Shown here: in pieces, positions 35,594-43,687 of the stretch
Numbering within the stretch: the first letter of the stretch is position 1
Layout of the letters: every line of letters starts with the position of its first letter
Source: an uncultured Planctomycetia bacterium
GTDB lineage: Bacteria; Omnitrophota; Gorgyraeia; 2-01-FULL-45-10
Assembly: GCA_964352425.1 (NCBI GenBank)
Contig: CAYGRZ010000001.1
Location: 64,672 to 128,671, forward strand
Direction: 5' to 3'
DNA: 64,000 bases
The notes under the pieces: model-generated
Database searches by the model: none
Told to the model about the DNA's origin: nothing
Seen by the model: the letters and a program-made list of their open reading frames with translations, nothing else
Made by a program: the position numbers and the translations under genes

Positions 35594-36287
35594 AAAAAGC
35601 TCATACGAAAAACATATAGAGGCCATATCGAAGGTCTCGCAATCGATCACGTCCAACCTCTACCTCGAAGATATCCTGAAGCTCATCGTCACCGTTACCG
35701 CGGAGATTATGGATTCAAAGATATGCTCTCTCATGCTTATAGAGCCAAAGACCGGCAGGCTCGTCCTCAAGGCAACCCAGTCGATGAGCGAAGAGTACAA
35801 TAAGAAGCCGACGCTCAAGATAGGCCAGGGCATAGCCGGTAAGGTAGCTCTCGAAAATAAGCCGCTCGCCGTCTTTGACATATCGGAAGAGCCGGAGTAT
35901 GTATCCAAGGATATCGCGACCAAGGTGGGCCTGCAGTCGCTTCTATCTGTGCCGCTCTCGGTCAAGGGTACGGTGATCGGCGTCCTGAATAATTATACCT
36001 CGCACCCGCATCGTTTTACCCAGTATGAGGTCGATATCATGACGACGGTGGCCAGCCAGGCCGCCATCGTCATCGAGAACGCCGAGCTTATGTTAAAAAC
36101 CAAGGTCATCCAGGATGAGCTTGAATCGCGGAAAGTCGTCGAGAGGGCCAAGGGCATCATGATGCGGCAGCAGGGCATGACCGAAGAAGAGGCCTTCCGG
36201 AAGATCCAGAAGCAGAGCATGGATATGAGAAAGACTATGCGCGAGATAGCAGAGGCGATAATACTTATCGAGAACATGAAGAAGTAG
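35574..36287 (+). CDS. GAF-ANTAR RNA-binding antitermination regulator
   Basis: GAF region, then an ANTAR helix bundle (RKVVERAKGIMMRQQGMTEEEAFRKIQKQSMDMRKTMREIAEAI). Confidence 0.8.
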   Translation: MAKKISKKSSYEKHIEAISKVSQSITSNLYLEDILKLIVTVTAEIMDSKICSLMLIEPKTGRLVLKATQSMSEEYNKKPTLKIGQGIAGKVALENKPLAVFDISEEPEYVSKDIATKVGLQSLLSVPLSVKGTVIGVLNNYTSHPHRFTQYEVDIMTTVASQAAIVIENAELMLKTKVIQDELESRKVVERAKGIMMRQQGMTEEEAFRKIQKQSMDMRKTMREIAEAIILIENMKK

Positions 36288-36320
36288 CCGGTTAGAATAA
36301 AAATAGCCGGCACAAGCCCA

Positions 36321-36349
36321 TTGACAATACTGCGTTTGATGCTATGCTG
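36321..36349 (+). promoter_or_regulatory. candidate sigma70 promoter (TTGACA-16-TATGCT) for the nadE leader
   Basis: Consensus -35; the -10 is weaker; ~180 nt leader to nadE. Confidence 0.35.
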
Positions 36350-36426
36350 TATATGATAAGCTCAAAGACAATGATGTCTTCCCGCTATGATAGCCGGAAG
36401 GCGTTTGTGTGTTTATCCTTCGACAG

Positions 36427-36468
36427 GCTCAGGATAAACACCCTGAGCGAAGTCGAAGGGTGTTTTAT
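36427..36468. repeat. alternative hairpins in the nadE leader: GCTCAGG-ataaacac-CCTGAGC (36427-36448) versus CACCC-tgagcgaagtcgaa-GGGTG (36439-36462) plus TTTTAT
   Basis: Member of the conserved-loop hairpin family; the second hairpin is followed by a U-tract (terminator-like). Confidence 0.5.
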
Positions 36469-36531
36469 GGGGACGCAGGCGTCCAGATCCCATGATGGGT
36501 ATGGACGCTTTCTGTTTAATAGGGTGAATCC

Positions 36532-38205
36532 ATGAAGCTCAGGTTGGCAATAGCACAGATCAATTGCACGGTAGGCGACCTTGAAGGCAACTGCAGGAAG
36601 GTTGCAGGATGCCTCGAGAGGGCCGGCGAGTTCGGTGTCGATTTGATCGCATTCCCGGAACTGGCGGTAACAGGCTACCCACCGGAGGACCTTCTGCTGA
36701 AACCGAAGTTCATCGCGGATAACATCGACGCGCTGAGGGAGACGGCCAAGTCTGTCGGTGACATGATAGCGGTCATAGGGTTCGTGAACCGCGTAGGCAA
36801 GGATATATTCAACGCCGCAGCGATCATTCACAAAGGCGAGGTAAAGGCGGTCTACCACAAGATGCTATTGCCGAACTACGGCGTCTTTGACGAGAACCGG
36901 TATTTCAAGCCAGGTTCAGCGCCAGGCGTGTTTAAGGCGGGCGGCATGGCATTCGGCGTCAATATATGCGAGGACATATGGCATAAGGCCGGACCGATAA
37001 AGGCTCAGGCTGCTGCCGGCGCAAGTCTTATCCTGAACATCAACTCTTCGCCATATCACGCCGGCAAAATGAAAGAGAGGGAAGACCTGATCAAGCGCGA
37101 GGCTAAATCAAACAATGTCTTTATAGCGTACGCGAACCTCGTAGGTGGCCAGGATGAGCTCGTATTCGACGGCCATAGCATCATCGTTGATCCGGCAGGA
37201 AAGATCATATGCCGCGGCCCGGGCTTCAAGGAAGACCTCCTCATGGTTGACCTCGATCTCCCGGCCCTCAAGACAAAACGTATAAAGAAAGCTGTCGAGA
37301 TCGCAAAGAAGTTTGAACCGAGACAGAAGAGGCCGCCTCTTACAAAGAATGAGGTAAAACCGCTCGATCCCGTCGCGGAGGTATATGAGGCACTCCTCCT
37401 CGGGCTTAAAGATTATGTAACAAAGAACGGGTTCTCAAAAGTCATTATCGGGATATCCGGCGGCATAGATTCTTCGCTCGTCGCCGTGCTTGCGGCCGAC
37501 GCGCTCGGCAAAGAAAATGTCACCGGCGTATTCCTGCCGACGCGGTATTCGTCGGAAGAGTCGGGACGCGACGCAAGCGCTCTTGCGTCCAACCTTGGGA
37601 TCAAGTATATAGAGATGTCTGTCGACCAGATCTACAAGTTGTACCTGATGGCGTTCGAGACCCAGTTCGTCGGGCTCGGCAGGGATATCACCGAGGAGAA
37701 TATACAGGCGCGCATACGCGGCAACATGCTGATGGCATTTTCCAACAAGTTTGGGTGGCTCGTCCTGACAACAGGCAATAAGTCCGAGATGAGCACCGGC
37801 TACGCGACGCTGTATGGCGACATGGCAGGGGGGCTGGCGGTCATAAAGGACGTGCCAAAGACGCTCGTCTACAAGCTTGCGAAATACAGAAATACGCTCG
37901 GGAAGGTGATCCCGGATGCCGTCTTTACAAAAGAACCCACGGCAGAGCTCAGGCCCGACCAGAAAGACAGGGATACGCTTCCCGCCTATGATGTGCTCGA
38001 CCCGATCATTAAAGCGTACGTCGAGGAGGATAAAAGCCCCGGCGAGATCGCTTCGGCCGGCTTTGACAGGGAGATTGTTGCGCGGGTCATTCGGATGGTG
38101 GATTCGAGCGAGTATAAGCGCAGGCAATCGCCGCCGGGCATCAAGATCACGCCCAAGGCGTTCGGCAAGGACAGGAGGATGCCGATAACGAACAGGTATA
38201 AATAG
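36532..38205 (+). CDS. nadE: glutamine-dependent NAD+ synthetase (nitrilase domain + NAD synthetase domain)
   Basis: N-terminal CN-hydrolase region and C-terminal SGGIDSSLVAVLA PP-loop. Confidence 0.9.
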   Translation: MKLRLAIAQINCTVGDLEGNCRKVAGCLERAGEFGVDLIAFPELAVTGYPPEDLLLKPKFIADNIDALRETAKSVGDMIAVIGFVNRVGKDIFNAAAIIHKGEVKAVYHKMLLPNYGVFDENRYFKPGSAPGVFKAGGMAFGVNICEDIWHKAGPIKAQAAAGASLILNINSSPYHAGKMKEREDLIKREAKSNNVFIAYANLVGGQDELVFDGHSIIVDPAGKIICRGPGFKEDLLMVDLDLPALKTKRIKKAVEIAKKFEPRQKRPPLTKNEVKPLDPVAEVYEALLLGLKDYVTKNGFSKVIIGISGGIDSSLVAVLAADALGKENVTGVFLPTRYSSEESGRDASALASNLGIKYIEMSVDQIYKLYLMAFETQFVGLGRDITEENIQARIRGNMLMAFSNKFGWLVLTTGNKSEMSTGYATLYGDMAGGLAVIKDVPKTLVYKLAKYRNTLGKVIPDAVFTKEPTAELRPDQKDRDTLPAYDVLDPIIKAYVEEDKSPGEIASAGFDREIVARVIRMVDSSEYKRRQSPPGIKITPKAFGKDRRMPITNRYK

Positions 38206-38250
38206 TAGTACCGTATCTCAACGCTGAGATAGGATCCCAAAGAGCAAAGA

Positions 38251-38289
38251 TGCCCTTTTGGCGCATAGAAACGCGCAAAAGGGCTTTTT
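38251..38289 (+). terminator. rho-independent terminator of nadE
   Basis: GCCCTTTTGGCGC-ataga-aacGCGCAAAAGGGC followed by TTTTTAT. Confidence 0.6.
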
Positions 38290-38447
38290 ATTTGAGCACA
38301 TGACTTATGGAGCCGAAGGCGACATAAGTCATGTGTGCGAAAAAAATCCGCCGACTAGTCCTCCGAAGCCAAGCCTGACCAAAGACATTCACAGGCGAAG
38401 GAGGAAGCCAATCTTGACAAGAACCATGCAACGGCGAAGGCGGATGA
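38283..38447 (+). repeat. leader repeat R1, copy a (palindrome CACATGACTTATG-N13-CATAAGTCATGTG plus a conserved 3' block), upstream of the sigma-factor gene
   Basis: ~80% identical to 43503-43657, with compensatory changes in the palindrome arms. Confidence 0.7.
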
Positions 38448-38995
38448 AGAAGGTGGTGGTCACGATGTACAAGCGATTCGATGAGATGATGAAGAAGCTG
38501 TCACCGACACTGCGGGGCATAGCGCACCGCATGAACGGCCATTTCACGTTCTTCACGGATGATGACCTCTACCAGGAAGCGCTCGCGCATCTGTGGGCCA
38601 GTTTCGGGAGAGGCGCCCTGAGGGACAAGACGGATAGCTACATTCTCCAAGGGTGCTATTTCTACCTGAAGAACTACCTGCGCACCTCTCTCGACAAGGC
38701 AAAACTCGTGAGCCTGAGCGAGCTCATCGACGGTCAGGACGTTTCTATCGAGGAGTCGCTCGCATCGAAGGATACGAATGCGCGCGACGATTTAGATGCA
38801 GGACTTCTTGCGGAAAACATCGTATTCAAGAGTCTGGACGCGCGGGAGAGGCTGGTCCTGCGGTACTCGACGGAAGGCCTTACGATCAGAGAGATAGGTA
38901 AGCGCCTCGGCGTTTCCCACGTCATGGTGGTCAAGATAAGGTCGAAGATACGGAAAAAGTGCGATGCATTAAGACGGGGTGGGCATCATGGTTAG
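38444..38995 (+). CDS. RNA polymerase sigma factor (small sigma-70 family, ECF/SigH-like); start 38444 or 38465
   Basis: Region-2-like DDDLYQEALAHLWASFGR and region-4 HTH LTIREIGKRLGVSHVMVVKIRSKIRKK; the 5' part of ORF 38258 lies on the nadE terminator and is rejected. Confidence 0.65.
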   Translation: MKKVVVTMYKRFDEMMKKLSPTLRGIAHRMNGHFTFFTDDDLYQEALAHLWASFGRGALRDKTDSYILQGCYFYLKNYLRTSLDKAKLVSLSELIDGQDVSIEESLASKDTNARDDLDAGLLAENIVFKSLDARERLVLRYSTEGLTIREIGKRLGVSHVMVVKIRSKIRKKCDALRRGGHHG

Positions 38996-41576
38996 TACTG
39001 GTCTTAAGGGGCTCGACAAGGTCATCACTGGGCTGCAGATGGGCGACAATGTCGTCTGGCAGATGGACGCCATTGAAGATTATCACGAATTCGTGAAGCC
39101 CTTCGTAAAAAAAGCTGTCGATGAAAAGCGAAGGCTCGTCTATATCCGGTTCGCGAACCACCCGCCCATCCTCGAGAACAACAAGAACATCACCGTCTAC
39201 TCACTTGACGCCACAGCCGGCTTTGAGACATTCTCATCGCAGCTGAACGGCATCATCAGGAAGGAGGGGGAGGGAGTCTTTTACGTCTTCGACTGCCTGT
39301 CAGACCTTCTCTCTGCCTGGTCAAACGACCTGATGATAGGCAATTTCTTCAAGATCACCTGCCCGTATCTTTTCGAGCTCAATACGATCGCCTATTTCGC
39401 CCTCCTGCGCAACAGCCATTCATTCAAGACCATCGCCCGCATCAGGGACACGACCCAGCTTCTCATAGACGTCTATCATTACGGCGGGAACTATTACATC
39501 CACCCCCTCAAGGTGTGGAACAGATATTCACCGACCATGTTCCTGCCGCACGTGAAGAAGGACGACAAATTTCTTGCCATCGCCAACAGCGTAGATACCG
39601 CGAGGCTCTTCTCCCACATATTCAAGAAGGGGGCCAAGTCGATCAAGCGCAAGCTGGATTACTGGGACCGACTCTTTATGACCGCCGAGGACCTGGCAGC
39701 AGGTAAGGGCTGCCCGAATGAAAAGATACAGCAGATGGTCGACGTGCTGTCAAGGATAGTCATCGCACGGGATGAAAAGATGCTGAAGCTGGCCAAAGAG
39801 TACATCACGCTTGAGGATTTCCTTAATATCAAATCGAGGATGGTCGGAACGGGCTTTATCGGCGGCAAATCCGTAGGCATGCTGATCGCCAGGAGCATAC
39901 TCCTGAGAGATAAGGCGCTGGAGGCAGAGAAGTTCTTTGAGCCGCACGATTCATTTTATGTCGGCTCGGACGTCTTCTATACCTATATCGTCGAGAACGG
40001 CTGGTGGAAGGCGCGCATGGAGCAGCGGACAAAAGAAGGGTACTTTGAGGTAGCGCTCACCCTCAAAGACAAGCTCCTGACAGGCGTATTCCCCGAGGAG
40101 ATCAAAGAGCAGCTCCAGCAGATGATCGAGTATTTCGGCCAGTCGCCGATCATTGTGCGCTCATCGAGCCTCCTGGAGGACAGCTACGGGAACGCATTTG
40201 CAGGTAAATACGAGAGCATCTTCCTGGCGAATCAGGGGACTCCCGATGAGCGCTACGCGAAGTTCGTTGACGCTGTCAGGCGGATCTATGCCTCTACGAT
40301 GAACGAGGACGCGCTCGCGTACCGCCTGCAGCGCGGCCTCGACCAGATGGACGAGCAGATGGCGCTTCTGGTCCAACGCGTATCAGGCGCATACCACACG
40401 GACTATTTCTTCCCGGACGTCGCCGGCGTAGGCATATCCTACAACGCCTTCGTATGGAAGAGTACGATGGACCCGAAAGCCGGGATGCTGCGCCTTGTCC
40501 TGGGCCTCGGCACGAGGGCTGTTAACCGCGTTGAGGGCGATTATCCGCGCATAGTTGCCCTGGACGACCCGCTCCTCAAAGCGCATGCCGGCATTAAGGA
40601 TACCGCACGCTACTCCCAGCACGATGTGGATATGATCAACATCAAAGAGAATTCCTTCCAGACTATGTCGCTTAGGGAGCTTCTCATGAAAAAGGTCGAT
40701 ATAAATCTGGAGCTTATGGCCATAAAGGACCATCAGGCCACAGAGAAGCTGCGCGAGATGGGCATGGACGAGGAATCATGGATCATCACCTTCGATGAGC
40801 TCGTCTCAAAGACCGCATTCGCAAAGACGATGCAAAACATCCTGCACGCCCTGGAAACGGCGTACGGATACCCGATCGACATAGAGTTCACGGTAAATTT
40901 CAGGAAGGACGGGTCGTACCAGATAAACCTCCTGCAGTGCAGGCCGATGCAGACCAAGGGACTGGGGCACAAGGTAACCATCCCGCGGGGCATACCGAGC
41001 GAGAATATCCTGTTCAGCTCTTCGGGAAATTTCCTTGGCGGGAATATATCGCAGTCGATCGACAGGATCATCTATGTCGATCCGAAAGCCTATTGCGCCC
41101 TCGCGTCCCAGTCGGAAAAATACGATATCGCGCGTCTGGTCGGCGTCCTTAACGGGCAGGCAGGGCCCAGGGAAAAGATGTCGGTCATGCTTCTGGGGCC
41201 AGGCAGATGGGGTACGACCACGCCATCGCTCGGCGTTCCGGTCTCGTTCGCGGAGATAAACAACATCTCGATCCTGGGAGAGATGGCCTTCACCAGCGAG
41301 AATGTCTCGCCGGAGATATCGTACGGCACTCACTTCTTCCAGGACCTTGTGGAAACGGGGATCTTCTACATAGCGCTCTTCCCGGACAACCGCGGGGCGC
41401 AGGTAAACAAGAAGTTCTTCGCCTCGATGCCTAAGGGCCTGAAGAAACACGTTCCTCAATACAGCAAATACGATGACGTCGTCAAGGTCATCGACGTTCG
41501 CGAGCGCGGCCTCAAGATAGTTGCCGATATAATCTCCCAGAAAGTCGTATGCTACTTCCGTCAGGAAAAGAAATAG
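38979..41576 (+). CDS. degenerate KaiC/RecA-like N-terminal domain fused to a PEP-synthase/PPDK_N-type ATP-grasp (pyruvate-phosphate-dikinase nucleotide-binding) domain
   Basis: GLKGLDKVITGLQMGDNVV resembles a KaiC/RadA start but no GxxGxGKT follows; IIVRSSSLLEDSYGNAFAGKYESIF matches the PPDK_N signature. Confidence 0.75.
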   Translation: MGIMVSTGLKGLDKVITGLQMGDNVVWQMDAIEDYHEFVKPFVKKAVDEKRRLVYIRFANHPPILENNKNITVYSLDATAGFETFSSQLNGIIRKEGEGVFYVFDCLSDLLSAWSNDLMIGNFFKITCPYLFELNTIAYFALLRNSHSFKTIARIRDTTQLLIDVYHYGGNYYIHPLKVWNRYSPTMFLPHVKKDDKFLAIANSVDTARLFSHIFKKGAKSIKRKLDYWDRLFMTAEDLAAGKGCPNEKIQQMVDVLSRIVIARDEKMLKLAKEYITLEDFLNIKSRMVGTGFIGGKSVGMLIARSILLRDKALEAEKFFEPHDSFYVGSDVFYTYIVENGWWKARMEQRTKEGYFEVALTLKDKLLTGVFPEEIKEQLQQMIEYFGQSPIIVRSSSLLEDSYGNAFAGKYESIFLANQGTPDERYAKFVDAVRRIYASTMNEDALAYRLQRGLDQMDEQMALLVQRVSGAYHTDYFFPDVAGVGISYNAFVWKSTMDPKAGMLRLVLGLGTRAVNRVEGDYPRIVALDDPLLKAHAGIKDTARYSQHDVDMINIKENSFQTMSLRELLMKKVDINLELMAIKDHQATEKLREMGMDEESWIITFDELVSKTAFAKTMQNILHALETAYGYPIDIEFTVNFRKDGSYQINLLQCRPMQTKGLGHKVTIPRGIPSENILFSSSGNFLGGNISQSIDRIIYVDPKAYCALASQSEKYDIARLVGVLNGQAGPREKMSVMLLGPGRWGTTTPSLGVPVSFAEINNISILGEMAFTSENVSPEISYGTHFFQDLVETGIFYIALFPDNRGAQVNKKFFASMPKGLKKHVPQYSKYDDVVKVIDVRERGLKIVADIISQKVVCYFRQEKK

Positions 41577-41577
41577 C

Positions 41578-41700
41578 GGTTACCAAAACGAGCCCGGATT
41601 TACTTGTAGATATGTAAGTAGCTTGCTTTAAACACATTGAAGTGTGCAGCACAAAGGCGTTCTCAAGAGAGAGCGCTTTTCTATTTAGACGCAGGCGTCT
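41578..41700 (+). repeat. nitrogen-leader repeat, copy c (upstream of amt)
   Basis: Shares ggttaccaa..tttacttgta..tgtaag..cacattgNagtg..gagcgcttttYtattt with 43364-43520. Confidence 0.6.
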
Positions 41701-41758
41701 TTTGGCCCATGGAGGGGAAGAAAGGCGTCTTTTTATTGTTTAATACGGAGGAACAGCT

Positions 41759-42994
41759 ATGATAAATACTGGAGATACTGCCTGGATCCTGATGTCGACG
41801 GCACTCGTCATGATGATGACTGCGCCGGGCCTGGCATTCTTCTATGGAGGGCTGGTGAGAAGGAAGAATGTGCTTGCTACCATGATGCAATCGTTCTTCG
41901 TACTGTGCCTCTTAAGCATACAGTGGATACTGTGGGGGTACAGCCTGGCGTTCGGGCCTGACATAGGGCACTTTATCGGAAGCCTGGCATGGTTCGGCCT
42001 CAAAGGGGTGGGCATGGCGCCGAACCCGGATTATGCGGCGACCATACCGCACCTTCTCTTCATGGTATATCAGATGATGTTCGCGGTCATTACGCCTGCC
42101 CTGATCACCGGTGCATTCGCCGAGAGGATGAAGTTCTCGACCTATGCGGTCTTCACGCTCGTCTGGGCAACCCTCGTCTATGACCCGATATGCCACTGGG
42201 TATGGGGTGCCGGAGGCTGGTTATGGAATATGGGAGCTCTGGACTTCGCCGGCGGAACGGTTGTGCACATATCCTCAGGGATAGCCGCACTCGTCTGCGC
42301 GCTCGTACTGGGTAAGAGGCGCGGTTACGGCCGCGAGCCGATGAGCCCACACAACCTGCCGCTGACCATTCTTGGCGCGGCGCTCCTATGGTTCGGCTGG
42401 TTCGGGTTCAATGCGGGAAGCGCCCTCGGAGCCAATGAGCTTGCAGTATGGGCCTTCATCGCGACGAACACCGCTGCGGCAGCGGCAGGCCTTACATGGA
42501 TGTTCATAGAATGGAAAGCCATAGGCAAGCCAACGATACTGGGCGGCGCTACGGGCGCGGTCGCAGGACTTGTTGCCATAACACCGGCTGCAGGTTTCGT
42601 CTCGCCGCTGTCCGCGATATGCATCGGCATATTGGTAAGCGCAGTATGCTATACGGCGGTAGCCGTCATCAAGCTCAAGTTCGGCTATGATGACTCGCTC
42701 GATGCCTTCGGCGTGCACGGCGTCGGCGGCACGGTCGGAGCGCTTGCGACAGGGCTTTTCGCGCAAAAGATCATAAACGTGGCAGGCAATAACGGGCTCT
42801 TCTTCGGCAACGCCAAGATGTTGCTGACACAGGCCATAGGCGTAGGTGCAACAATGATCTATTCCGTCACGGTCACCTTTATACTGCTGAAGGTCCTCGA
42901 TGCGACAATGGGGCTGAGGGTCCCCGATGAGGAAGAGGTCGTCGGTCTGGATATAACACAACACGAAGAGAGCGCATATACGCTACTCGATTAA
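41759..42994 (+). CDS. amt: ammonium transporter
   Basis: 411 aa, ~11 TM helices; Amt/MEP signature blocks (YGGLVRRKN, AGGTVVHISSG, FGFNAGSAL). Confidence 0.9.
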   Translation: MINTGDTAWILMSTALVMMMTAPGLAFFYGGLVRRKNVLATMMQSFFVLCLLSIQWILWGYSLAFGPDIGHFIGSLAWFGLKGVGMAPNPDYAATIPHLLFMVYQMMFAVITPALITGAFAERMKFSTYAVFTLVWATLVYDPICHWVWGAGGWLWNMGALDFAGGTVVHISSGIAALVCALVLGKRRGYGREPMSPHNLPLTILGAALLWFGWFGFNAGSALGANELAVWAFIATNTAAAAAGLTWMFIEWKAIGKPTILGGATGAVAGLVAITPAAGFVSPLSAICIGILVSAVCYTAVAVIKLKFGYDDSLDAFGVHGVGGTVGALATGLFAQKIINVAGNNGLFFGNAKMLLTQAIGVGATMIYSVTVTFILLKVLDATMGLRVPDEEEVVGLDITQHEESAYTLLD

Positions 42995-43006
42995 GGGGGG
43001 TATGTC

Positions 43007-43348
43007 ATGAAACTGATAGTCGCAATACTGCAACCGGAGAAGCTTGAAGATGTCCTTCAGGAGTTGGACAGAGAAGAGATCTACTTAAAGACAGTCTCCA
43101 GCGTGCTTGGGTGCGGCCGCCAAAAAGGCCGTACCGAGGTATATAGAGGAAGGAAAGAGACCGGCAACCTCTTGAAGAAGGTCCGCCTCGAGATAGGGGT
43201 CAATGAACAATTCGTGGAGGCGACGATCCGGGCGATCGTGAGAGGCGCAAAGACAGGCACTATAGGGGACGGCAAGATATTCGTCCTGGACCTGGCAGAA
43301 TGTGTCAGGATACGGACCGGTGAAAGGGGCGGGGATGCTATAGGGTAA
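43007..43348 (+). CDS. glnB: PII nitrogen regulatory protein (GlnB/GlnK family; short T-loop without Tyr51)
   Basis: [16 protein letters not shown]...GCGRQKG...[24 protein letters not shown], colinear with E. coli GlnB. Confidence 0.85.
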   Translation: MKLIVAILQPEKLEDVLQELDREEIYLKTVSSVLGCGRQKGRTEVYRGRKETGNLLKKVRLEIGVNEQFVEATIRAIVRGAKTGTIGDGKIFVLDLAECVRIRTGERGGDAIG

Positions 43349-43363
43349 CTTTTGTTAAAAAAT

Positions 43364-43520
43364 GGTTACCAAGCGAGGCTCCTTTTTACTTGTATAGTTG
43401 TAAGACCGGTTTTTAGGCACATTGTAGTGCATAAGTAGGCAAAGACGTTTATTTGAACATAGGCGTTCAGTTTGGTCAATGAGTATGACCAAAATGAGCG
43501 CTTTTTTATTTGAGCACATA
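43364..43520 (+). repeat. nitrogen-leader repeat, copy d (upstream of glnA; contains GCAC-attgta-GTGC and a TTGGTCA/TGACCAA hairpin)
   Basis: Aligns with 41578-41700; merges 3' into repeat R1 copy b. Confidence 0.6.
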
Positions 43521-43657
43521 ATTTATGGAGCGATAGCGACATAAATTATAAGTGCGAAAATAATCCGCCGACTAGTCCTCCGAAGCTTCGCAGAGTCTAT
43601 GAGTAGAAGCGAAGGCGGAAGCCAATCTTGACCAGAAACATACAACGGCGAAGGCGG
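43503..43657 (+). repeat. leader repeat R1, copy b (palindrome CACATAATTTATG-N11-CATAAATTATAAGTG) upstream of glnA
   Basis: Direct repeat of 38283-38447. Confidence 0.7.
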
Positions 43658-43687
43658 ATATCAACCATAGCCATAAAGGAGGGCACC

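Noticed and set aside
38258-38443. N-terminal 62 codons of ORF 38258-38995 (would extend the sigma factor).
   Set aside because: They overlap the nadE rho-independent terminator and the conserved R1 leader repeat, which is non-coding in its glnA copy; in-frame ATGs at 38444/38465 with SD-like sequences are preferred.
43503-43657. Assigning repeat R1 to the known glutamine riboswitch (glnA RNA motif) or the Downstream-peptide motif.
   Set aside because: Only a loose resemblance (GAAGG-rich, precedes glnA). The characteristic GACGGAAGUAGG / CUGAAGGAACG blocks are not present, so this is left as an open possibility needing a covariance-model scan.
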